Shown one piece after another: positions 18,442-26,101 of a stretch of 64,000 nucleotides of DNA. How positions within the stretch are numbered: the first letter of the stretch is position 1; the number at the start of each line of letters is the position of its first letter. The DNA comes from an uncultured virus (IMG/VR IMGVR_UViG_3300025132_000002) (taxonomy: Duplodnaviria > Heunggongvirae > Uroviricota > Caudoviricetes): IMG/VR virus record IMGVR_UViG_3300025132_000002; one strand, written 5' to 3'. The position numbers and the translations under genes are program-made. The notes beneath the pieces are model-generated. The model was given only the letters and a program-made list of their open reading frames with translations. It did no database searches and had not been told where the DNA came from.

Positions 18442-18792
18442 TCACTCTCCAATGGTAACAATTTGGGTTTCGTGGATTAGGGCGAAGACTGTAACGTCTT
18501 CACTAAGAAAGGCCCGTACCCATTGACCGAACCACGATTTGTCGGTCACACCCTCAGAAATTTGGGTGAGGTAGAGATACAGCGCATACTCTTTACTATC
18601 TGTAAAGGGCAACGGTTCCAGCCCTTTACGCTCCCTATCGCGCTGTAGATAATGGAAAGAATCGCACGAAATTGTGATCGGCTTCCACCGATCGGGGTCT
18701 CTTCCCCCTTTGTAGTCGGCCCGCTGGACTTTGTACCGATCGGGCTTATGGTTTGTAGGTCCGAGCCACTTTACTGTAATAGCACATGCCAT
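18442..18792 (-). CDS. Hypothetical protein (I.VK.LGPTN motif)
   Basis: TTGGAGAG RBS. Confidence 0.65.
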   Translation of the reverse strand: MACAITVKWLGPTNHKPDRYKVQRADYKGGRDPDRWKPITISCDSFHYLQRDRERKGLEPLPFTDSKEYALYLYLTQISEGVTDKSWFGQWVRAFLSEDVTVFALIHETQIVTIGE

Positions 18793-18930
18793 GTTTCACT
18801 CTCCAATGTCTTTGTTAGACGGGTAACCAGATGCCGGCCTAAAGATCCAAGCAATAAAATAGACGGACATAATAAAAGCGATAAGATTTATGGCCATGCT
18901 TCACTCTCCAATGGTAACTTAATAGGTTTG

Positions 18931-19215
18931 TTATGTCAATGGGGGGCATTCACCCGATACGATTCCACCATGGGCGACGATCATCATACGTACCACATGG
19001 GCCGGAACCCAACCATACACTGTGCCGGTCAAATCGCGGGGGTTTTCCGCGTAGTCCTTGATAAAGACACAAGGTCTGTTAGGAAAACCAAGCTCTACAC
19101 TTTGATAAGCTTTCGCAATATCCGATCTCGGTTCGCAGTAGTTGTAGCTACTTGCTTGAATGGACACTTTGAAGCCATCTGCACAGGTTACCTTTGCGTA
19201 AAACTTTCTACTCAT
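18931..19215 (-). CDS. Conserved phage protein (C.DGF..S.QAS...YC.PR...VELGFP)
   Basis: Recognisable phage motif; TTGGAGAG RBS. Confidence 0.75.
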   Translation of the reverse strand: MSRKFYAKVTCADGFKVSIQASSYNYCEPRSDIAKAYQSVELGFPNRPCVFIKDYAENPRDLTGTVYGWVPAHVVRMMIVAHGGIVSGECPPLT

Positions 19216-19240
19216 GTTTCACTCTCCAATCGAACCATCA

Positions 19241-19297
19241 TTGGTTCATTCATTGACATACTAACATGAATAGAAAGTATGTCAAGGAAAGAATCAA
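19241..19297 (-). promoter_or_regulatory. Hairpin-promoter element, copy F
   Basis: TTGACA-N16-TAGTAT; TTGACATACT/AGTATGTCAA stem. Confidence 0.75.
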
Positions 19298-19300
19298 GGA

Positions 19301-19534
19301 TTATAGCTTAAAGATTCCATGCAATTCCCCGTCATTAGACATCCAATACATTACTGAGGCTCCGCCGGCCCACGGACTGCCTACCCGCACCCATTCGTCG
19401 GGGTCCATGCACAGATCCTCCGCAATATCGCGGGGTACCCTACCGTCCGCTGGATACAGTTCATCATTATCGTTCACATCATAACGAACGAGCTTGTATC
19501 GGTCGCCGGTCATAACTGTTTCACGTCTTTTCAT
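19301..19534 (-). CDS. Hypothetical protein
   Basis: TTGGAGAG RBS. Confidence 0.6.
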   Translation of the reverse strand: MKRRETVMTGDRYKLVRYDVNDNDELYPADGRVPRDIAEDLCMDPDEWVRVGSPWAGGASVMYWMSNDGELHGIFKL

Positions 19535-19684
19535 ATTACTCTCCAATGGTTATAGCGTACCAATACCCAAGTTAGGGTCATCCTGACAATCCTGATCGAA
19601 GATACCTCCCATGTATTCAAACAAATCGAGCCACATTTCACGATCTTCGGGGTTAACGAAACGGACTTCCGACATATTCATAGC

Positions 19685-20125
19685 TCACTCCAATGTGATC
19701 GACTGCTGAAAAGACACATACTCATCATATGCTTCTTTAACCTTTTCTCCAATGAAGGTCAAGTCATTGTAGCATTTGTAGGACTTGCCCTTGAAAGCCC
19801 GTGTATCGCGGGAACTGGTAACGACAAGCGTGACATAGTATTCAACGTCCCGGTATTTCTCAATTGGTGTCCCGTCTTCGTAAGTCTCCCCGGTGCGGAA
19901 CCGTTCGGATTCAAGGTATCGAACGGGGGCGATAGCAATATATACTTCTTCGCCCCGTTGCGGTTCATAGGCCAGTCTAAGTTTTGCGCAAAACCCCGCC
20001 GTCACCTGTTGTGTGTCGGGTCCAAAGCAATACTTCACTAAATGTTTACCGTTACCTTGCTCCCATCGCGTAGATGGTACAAGGGGGGAAGCGTTCAAAA
20101 CGTCTGCCAAGGATGGAATAATCAT
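19685..20125 (-). CDS. Hypothetical protein
   Basis: TTGGAGAG RBS. Confidence 0.6.
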   Translation of the reverse strand: MIIPSLADVLNASPLVPSTRWEQGNGKHLVKYCFGPDTQQVTAGFCAKLRLAYEPQRGEEVYIAIAPVRYLESERFRTGETYEDGTPIEKYRDVEYYVTLVVTSSRDTRAFKGKSYKCYNDLTFIGEKVKEAYDEYVSFQQSITLE

Positions 20126-20166
20126 CACACTCTCCAATGTCAAGCATAGAAAAGAGATAGGATAGT

Positions 20167-20246
20167 GTGTGAGGGCTTTAGCCCGGTGTGCCGATCAAGG
20201 GTGACATACCGGTCTCTTCAAAACTTCAACACTAAAACCCTCACAC
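20167..20246 (-). ncRNA. Candidate small structured RNA (80 nt)
   Basis: 15-bp closing stem, large one-sided bulge, inner ~10-bp stem. Confidence 0.45.
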
Positions 20247-20290
20247 GATGACACGTCATAGGACGCGCCAAACTACCCAAACCATTGTTA

Positions 20291-20340
20291 ATGGTTCACC
20301 CTATGACATACTGAAACCAATATGTCAAGGGGAGAATCAT
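20291..20340 (-). promoter_or_regulatory. Hairpin element, copy G (short loop)
   Basis: GATTCTCCCCTTGACATATTG...CAGTATGTCATAGGGTGAACC. Confidence 0.7.
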
Positions 20341-20352
20341 CAAACTTTATGA

Positions 20353-20583
20353 TCACCCCCATTCCTGTGGCCAATACCGCACATCATCGCCCCGACCATT
20401 ACTCCAATTTGAGTCGGATAGGTCGATACCTTGTCGAAGGCAAAACGATCGGGTCCACACTTTGACGATATAGCCGGGCGGTAGATCCTTAGCTATTTCG
20501 ATGGCGTCCTCTTTGAATTCAGCGCCGGCCAAAACTTGTTCGGTGCGGCTGTTAATGACGTAAAAAGGGTATTCAGGATACAT
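20353..20583 (-). CDS. Hypothetical protein
   Basis: TTGGAGAGG RBS. Confidence 0.6.
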   Translation of the reverse strand: MYPEYPFYVINSRTEQVLAGAEFKEDAIEIAKDLPPGYIVKVWTRSFCLRQGIDLSDSNWSNGRGDDVRYWPQEWG

Positions 20584-20597
20584 AGTCCTCTCCAAAG

Positions 20598-21005
20598 TTA
20601 AAAGGAAGTCGGTACGCAGTCAAGGCCCTCACCAAAACGGGTGTAACTGAAAACACAGTTAACCCTACAGCTACCATTTGTCACGGTAACTTTTGCTTTT
20701 GAGCCCGACTGAAACGTAGCGCTCTCACCCTTATAGGGTTTTGGCAATACAACGGTGATACTGTACCACCATGTAACGTCACTGTGTTTCCGGATAGGGT
20801 CACCGATCAAACGGAAGGTATCCCATAGCGGCCCGCTTTCGGGGATGTCCAACCGAGAACTCGGGGCGCTGTACCGTTTACCCCATTGCTCCAACGTCCA
20901 AAAAACGCCATCATAGCAGTCAACGTCATCGTCCCAGCCATAGCAGTCGATAAGATACCCACGACGTCCTACAGACTTACGAATTTCTTTAAGCATATCT
21001 TGCAT
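20598..21005 (-). CDS. Hypothetical protein
   Basis: TTGGAGAG RBS. Confidence 0.6.
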   Translation of the reverse strand: MQDMLKEIRKSVGRRGYLIDCYGWDDDVDCYDGVFWTLEQWGKRYSAPSSRLDIPESGPLWDTFRLIGDPIRKHSDVTWWYSITVVLPKPYKGESATFQSGSKAKVTVTNGSCRVNCVFSYTRFGEGLDCVPTSF

Positions 21006-21015
21006 AGTTCTCTCC

Positions 21016-21067
21016 AATGGTTCACCCTATGACACACTAATGATAGTATGTCAAGGGGAGAATCATT
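21016..21067 (-). promoter_or_regulatory. Hairpin element, copy H (short loop)
   Basis: GATTCTCCCCTTGACATACTA-TCAT-TAGTGTGTCATAGGGTGAACC. Confidence 0.7.
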
Positions 21068-21311
21068 CAAGCGTTTCAATTTTGTCGATATAAATACGGT
21101 TCAGATTCCAATGGTTGACGGACCTACGGAATTGCCACGCATAAATCGTACGGTCAAGTCGCATAACACCGCTAACAGCTACATCCCAGCCCGGTCGCCC
21201 TTGCCACCTGTCATGGGCTTTAGCCGCATAGATACGGGCTCCAGGGTACTTCTCACAAAGTACCTTACGGGCATGTTCTACCGTTGGTCGTTCTACTTGA
21301 ACATAGGCCAT
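21063..21311 (-). CDS. Hypothetical protein
   Basis: TTGGAG RBS. Confidence 0.6.
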   Translation of the reverse strand: MAYVQVERPTVEHARKVLCEKYPGARIYAAKAHDRWQGRPGWDVAVSGVMRLDRTIYAWQFRRSVNHWNLNRIYIDKIETLE

Positions 21312-21382
21312 AGCTCACACTCCAAAGAAGATGACAAAGAAGACGCAGAAGGCCACAAAGGGCCAAAACCAGGGACGCCGGA

Positions 21383-21811
21383 TCATCCAAGCTCCCGATC
21401 CAATTCGCGGGCCTTCCACCCTACGAACCCTTGACGACGGCCAGTATCAGCCGGTTCGGACGGTGGGCGATAGTACCACTTGACATATTCCTGCCACTTG
21501 TTGACCGAGCCGTACTTAGCGGTACGGTGAATTCGTGCCAGCAGACACTTTTCTGCCATAGATACATCGGGATCTTCCCAAACTGCCTCAAACGTCCATG
21601 GCAGCTTATTGTACGGCAACGGCTTATCCGTCAACCATAGATCGGCATATTCCACGATTTCGGTGTAGCCTTCACTAATTGCGCTGTTTCGCAAGTCGGC
21701 CACGGTTTCATCGCCGCTCAGCAGACGATCACCATAGCGATCGGTGCTCAGAATTTCATCGGTTGACGGGCAGATAGGTCGCCCGTTCATAGCTACAGTG
21801 ACCAGAGACAT
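21383..21811 (-). CDS. Hypothetical protein
   Basis: AGGAGAG RBS. Confidence 0.6.
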   Translation of the reverse strand: MSLVTVAMNGRPICPSTDEILSTDRYGDRLLSGDETVADLRNSAISEGYTEIVEYADLWLTDKPLPYNKLPWTFEAVWEDPDVSMAEKCLLARIHRTAKYGSVNKWQEYVKWYYRPPSEPADTGRRQGFVGWKARELDRELG

Positions 21812-21884
21812 AGCGCTCTCCTATTGTTAACACGGTTAAACGAAAGGACTAACAGATAGTCCCTAACTTTAACGGTATTAACGG

Positions 21885-22124
21885 TCAGTCTACGGGTACC
21901 ATGAAAACGAACTCATGGGCCTTTCCTGACTTCCGATCGATCACGCGCAGACTAAAACCACGCCTAATGATCTTCCCCGCTTCATCTTGATCGGGTACGA
22001 CTTCAGCCGTCATAACCTCGATCCCTTCTCGGAGCTTCATACCAGACGAATAGAAATCGTGGGAGTAGGGGTTAGCCCCTGGCGGCATGAACGCAAACGG
22101 GCCGCTATCAAACACCTTATCCAT
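21885..22124 (-). CDS. Hypothetical protein
   Basis: AGGAG RBS. Confidence 0.6.
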   Translation of the reverse strand: MDKVFDSGPFAFMPPGANPYSHDFYSSGMKLREGIEVMTAEVVPDQDEAGKIIRRGFSLRVIDRKSGKAHEFVFMVPVD

Positions 22125-22191
22125 GGTTCGCTCCTATTGTTAGCATAGTCAATAAAAGCCATAAGCGGACTTATGGCCTATGTTGAACATG

Positions 22192-22398
22192 TCAACCGAT
22201 ACCGCGCCTTTTCAATTCCTGCCGATAGACAGAACACTGATCGCGGTACTTCCCCGCACGACAACCCCGTTCCATGGGCATAGCGCGGTCAAGGGCGTCC
22301 ATAGCGAACGCCGTACAGATAGCGTCCCGAAGGGCGTCCTGTAGGGTAAAGGTGTCCATACGACGGGCTGTATCGGCCCACACGGCCCACGGGGTCAT
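22192..22398 (-). CDS. Hypothetical protein (KY.DQ....RQEL.RR motif)
   Basis: Coupled to the upstream ORF by an ATGA overlap. Confidence 0.6.
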   Translation of the reverse strand: MTPWAVWADTARRMDTFTLQDALRDAICTAFAMDALDRAMPMERGCRAGKYRDQCSVYRQELKRRGIG

Positions 22399-22619
22399 GC
22401 CGCCACCGCCTCACCCTTGACGGGCTCCGCGACAGGGTATTGACGGGCCCAATCGGCATCGATCCGATCCCACGCCGTATCACTGAGCACGCGCGGTTCG
22501 TGCCACCCCACACTTCTACCAGTCGAGAGCAGAACGGGCCCACGACGGGGCGTATCTCGGATTGCGTCTTGCCATTCGTCGAGCCGCTCGTTTGCATCTT
22601 TCAGCAATTTGTCAACCAT
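22395..22619 (-). CDS. Hypothetical protein
   Basis: TTGGAG RBS. Confidence 0.55.
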   Translation of the reverse strand: MVDKLLKDANERLDEWQDAIRDTPRRGPVLLSTGRSVGWHEPRVLSDTAWDRIDADWARQYPVAEPVKGEAVAA

Positions 22620-22698
22620 AATATACCACTCCAATCGAAACCTAATGTTTCGTCAAAGGCCATAAGCGGACTTATGGCTAATGATGAATCATTACGAT

Positions 22699-23049
22699 TT
22701 AGACGCTCCACACCCTTTGCCTTTCGGCAAGTGCGGCTTTCCCACGCAACCACCGCACGGATTCGTCGCTATTGGCGACATTCCACAAAGCGCGGAGCAT
22801 ATCCATAGCCGCGCCTTTATTGTAAAAGTTTTCCGTTCCGGCGTGGCCGCCCATACCGAAGTTACGGTAACGAGCCAACCTCCGCACATGATCGGGATCG
22901 CGCTGGTTAGAGACGCTACCCCACACCGACCATCCCTGAATGGCGCGGCCCTTATCCATTAAAAAGGTCGGGCTACAGGTAGCCTCAACCCAAACCGATC
23001 GGGCTTCTTCCGGTGACATAGCCCTTGTATCCCGACAAAACATAGTCAT
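22699..23049 (-). CDS. Hypothetical protein, first gene of the early operon
   Basis: GGGAG RBS directly after the structured leader. Confidence 0.55.
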   Translation of the reverse strand: MTMFCRDTRAMSPEEARSVWVEATCSPTFLMDKGRAIQGWSVWGSVSNQRDPDHVRRLARYRNFGMGGHAGTENFYNKGAAMDMLRALWNVANSDESVRWLRGKAALAERQRVWSV

Positions 23050-23063
23050 AATAGCCCGCTCCC

Positions 23064-24038
23064 ATTGTTTGATTAAAGGCGTCGGAAAGCCCGGTAAACT
23101 TTACAAAATGCGTAGAAAACGGTGGGCCCGCATACCTTATGGCCCGTTACTGCTCCCCTTTAGCCGGAGCACCATTACACACGAAAACTCTACAAAACAT
23201 CCGACGCCAGCGATCAAACAATCGCAAAACGCTTGTCTTACAATAATACAGGGAGCTTCGAACCCTTCACCATTTTAGCCCACCACGGACCACACCGGAT
23301 CCGTTTTAACTATAAACAGCTACTGCGCATATACCAGACAAACTGGTTCCGTTGTCGCATACGCTATGGGGACTTGCGGCTATCCGCTCCCTACATGTAG
23401 GGTTCCCGCCTAACAACGAATTATAAGTTCGATTACTTTATACCTTTAAGACATAATCATGGCGCCTTGACTTCCGAGGACAGCTAAAAGCCGCCCTTGC
23501 CGATACTCTCCACGCCTACCACCAATTCCCATGGTCACTTGCTCCGCCGTGGGTACGTTCCGGGTCCGCTTGCCAGCGATTATCCGAAGACGTAACTATA
23601 TTGTGATGTCAAAGAGACCGCCGCTTTCGCGCCGTGGCTCCTCAGACCGCTCCTAATGAATTGTGATCTCAGACTTTGTGGTGCCTACATAGCCGAAGCT
23701 ACCGTGTCCCCGCTTGTCACGGGTAAGATCCTGCCGGATCGGGCTTGTCGTCTGATACCTTCCCAAGGAAGCCGCGTCCGTCGCTCGTACGGTAATCAGC
23801 GGTCAGGGTAGACCGTTGCGCAATTTGACGAATCCGATTGACGCCCCCGTCTGCTTTCCCCGAATCCACGGGTTCCACATAGGGTTTTCGATAAGGGTGC
23901 CGGGGCACCTAAGCACTAAGGATCGGCGGTTCTGTTGTATCTGCTACCGATCTATAGTCCCCGAATCGAGGCGTCTCACATAGCCGTCAAGGCTTCCAAG
24001 GGTGCTTCAGGCTTAACCTGAAACGGAACACAATTCAT
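23064..24038 (-). ncRNA. Candidate large structured ncRNA(s)/leader
   Basis: No credible ORF; many hairpins including two cUUCGg loops; closing stems 23656-23665/24029-24038 and 23064-23086/23200-23222. Confidence 0.55.
23607..23631 (-). promoter_or_regulatory. boxB-boxA antitermination-like site 2
   Basis: CGC-GAAA-GCG hairpin followed by GTCTCTTTGACA. Confidence 0.55.
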
Positions 24039-24046
24039 ATTCGCGA

Positions 24047-24075
24047 TTTGAAAGAGCGTCGGGATTTTCATCCCG
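24047..24075 (-). promoter_or_regulatory. boxB-boxA antitermination-like site 1
   Basis: CGGGAT-GAAA-ATCCCG hairpin followed by CGCTCTTTCAAA. Confidence 0.6.
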
Positions 24076-24082
24076 CCCCAGA

Positions 24083-24120
24083 CCTTTAAGGGTTCTGGGG
24101 TTTCCCGTCAAGGAAAAAAA
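24083..24120 (-). promoter_or_regulatory. sigma70-type leftward early promoter
   Basis: T-tract (UP-like)-CC-TTGACG-N17-TAAAGG; the -10 lies in the loop of a CCCCAGA/TCTGGGG inverted repeat. Confidence 0.55.
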
Positions 24121-24268
24121 TTCATTCTTCCCTTTCGGCCGAATCGGTATTCCCGGCTCGGGTCGTTCAGGGCGGTTGGCGTTGCGCCGTCCATCCCTTC
24201 AGACGAAAACGGTATATCACTTCCAATCGGTCGGATTAGTCGAAAATGGCTCTAACGTACACTAAGCC

Positions 24269-24900
24269 AAAACGCTGTGCTGATGGGGGTTTTCGTCAAA
24301 ACGCGGATTGGGCCAATTGGCGAGAATGCCCATGAATACGGTGTCCATTGCTTTTCTTCGCGTTGGCGTAATTTAGCACCTCCTCGTTGAATGATGCTCT
24401 ATGCGCCACATATCTTCGCCTCCGTTGACGAGAAGCCCCTATCCATCGACATTCTCGGCAAGGGGGAGAAGGGGGAGTGGCCGAGAGTGGGCTGATACTG
24501 GGCTTTCTCGTCAACGCCTCAGATCGGGCGGCTCCTCCTGGCTTGCCGTTATCGGGTGATAAGCCGCTGATACCGGGCATTCTCGGGCAATCGGGGGACC
24601 AAAACAATTTTTTCCCTAAAGAAACGCCACGTCAGGAAAGCTGAAGATCGGGCGCCGATCGGGGTTTTCGCCGTTGTCGCCGTTGCCCTACGATCGGCAT
24701 TCCGTAGAAGGTCTTTCAAAACATTGTGCTGGTCGGGCTTCTCAGCCTTTAAGGGTCAATCGGGGTCAATCGGGGCCTATGCCGTGGCACACCCTGCCAT
24801 CATAGTAGAAAGTTCAAAACATCGGCTGTGACGGCGTTTGACAATTCCCGATTTTCGCTGAAGCTATTTCAAAACATCGGCTGTGACGGGCTTCTCGCCG
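24269..24900. repeat. Degenerate dispersed repeats (iteron/terminus-like)
   Basis: TTCAAAACATCGGCTGTGACGG exact at 24813 and 24868; related GCTG...GGGCTTCTC units near 24269, 24487, 24563, 24718. Confidence 0.55.
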
Positions 24901-25209
24901 TCTATGGCAGAAAACGCCCCTTTTCGGTGGGTAGTTCCCAGAATTAATTGGGGGGAGTCGGGTTTGGGGGAATTGGGCTCTTTTGGTGTATGGAAGGGAT
25001 AGGGTCTAATTGATCAGTTCAATGGGTGTATATGGTTAGATCGGGTGGTGGTGCATGTTTTGGAGAAGCTTCTACAAAGGATAGAAAATCCTTCACTTGG
25101 TGAGAAGGCCCATGATCACGATGTTTTGAACCCTCTTCTACTCTATAAGATTTAAAACATTGGACAGAATTGGGCCGTTTGTACTCACTTTGTACAGGGT
25201 TTCCCCTTA

Positions 25210-25225
25210 TGCAATTCCCGTGCCA
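25210..25225 (-). promoter_or_regulatory. sigma54 -24/-12 consensus
   Basis: TGGCACG-GGAA-TTGCA. Confidence 0.6.
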
Positions 25226-25278
25226 AGGTTTCATTTTATATCGAACGTTCGTTATGCCCGGTGGGGTCCTGGTCGGAC

Positions 25279-25306
25279 AAAAGAAAAGCCCCGCCGAAGC
25301 GGGGCT
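25279..25306 (-). terminator. Intrinsic terminator
   Basis: AGCCCCGC-TTCG-GCGGGGCT followed by TTTCTTTT, downstream of ORF 25342-25695. Confidence 0.85.
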
Positions 25307-25341
25307 AAGAGCCGAAAAGGCCCATGGTTAGGGGGTTTTGG

Positions 25342-25695
25342 TCACATGGCGTACCGGAACCAAGCGTGTCCCAGGGCGTCCACTACCATCTCGTTAGCCT
25401 TCTTTATGTCGGCTTCCATGCGACGGCTCTTAGCGTTGTGAATCGGGTAGTGGCCGGCATTTCGGGGCAATTCCTCCTCTACATAAAAGTACAATTCTGT
25501 CTCCGCTGCTTGGATCTCCATAGCCAGGAAACCATAAAGGCACCGCCTCCCGAGAGCACCGCACTCCTGGATGTCTTCCAAAAGTTCGGTAACGACGGTG
25601 ATGATGCCCTTTTCCCAGCACGCCGGGGTGTAGGGCTTCTTTACGCGGTATGTGGTGCCGTCGGGGTTCTTAACGATCATTGTGTGGCTTTCCAT
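25342..25695 (-). CDS. Hypothetical protein, monocistronic
   Basis: TTGGAG RBS, own terminator, upstream sigma54-like site. Confidence 0.6.
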   Translation of the reverse strand: MESHTMIVKNPDGTTYRVKKPYTPACWEKGIITVVTELLEDIQECGALGRRCLYGFLAMEIQAAETELYFYVEEELPRNAGHYPIHNAKSRRMEADIKKANEMVVDALGHAWFRYAM

Positions 25696-25793
25696 AGTTA
25701 CTCCAAATGGCCGGGAAGATTAAGTCGGCCGAATGGCCGGTAATTGCTTTTAAGACCAGGGGCAAATTTTAAATTGCCTGGGTTCTTTCCCTA

Positions 25794-25809
25794 TGCAATT
25801 TTCATGCCA
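25794..25809 (-). promoter_or_regulatory. sigma54 -24/-12 consensus
   Basis: TGGCATG-AAAA-TTGCA. Confidence 0.55.
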
Positions 25810-25909
25810 TGTTTTACCTTTGTCAAGCGGATGTCAAAACCCTGCTCACCTGTCCAGTGATTTCCTTTGACACGTCAAGGCTTTCTGGACATATTCTGTC
25901 CGCCTTGGC

Positions 25910-25925
25910 TGGCACGATAATTGCC
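25910..25925 (+). promoter_or_regulatory. sigma54 -24/-12 consensus
   Basis: TGGCACG-ATAA-TTGCC. Confidence 0.55.
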
Positions 25926-26101
25926 GGACACTGAACATAAAGGGCTTTTGTTCAGGTCAGAAATTGTCCGTTTCGCCTGTGGGCCCTTCTGCGGCGATCT
26001 GAATGGTACCGGACGCCCGATCGCGTCGATCGCTCACAGGGGCTCACAGGGGCTCCGAGAGGCATAGTGTCAAGCTGACACGAACCCCGCCGATCTGGGG
26101 T

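Noticed and set aside
11742..21067. CRISPR array or classical integron interpretation of the repeated hairpins
   Set aside because: Spacing is irregular and gene-sized, copies are not identical, there are no consistent RYYYAAC/GTTRRRY ends, and no cas or integrase gene is in the window.
9610..22634. TTG-initiated N-terminal extensions (MES.M/MER.M) in the ORF track
   Set aside because: The TTG belongs to the TTGGAGAG RBS; the downstream ATG is the likelier start.
23245..23330. Additional tRNA (GGGTTCGAAG T-loop-like word)
   Set aside because: No convincing acceptor or anticodon stems.
23717..23908. 63-aa ORF inside the structured region
   Set aside because: GTG start without the phage RBS motif; lies within dense hairpins.
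23656..24038. RNase P RNA or group I/II intron
   Set aside because: Did not find GAGGAAAGTCC, the group I core or a group II domain V by eye; not formally excluded without cmscan.
24785..24798. Fifth sigma54 site (TGGCACACCCTGCC)
   Set aside because: Spacing between GG and GC is wrong.
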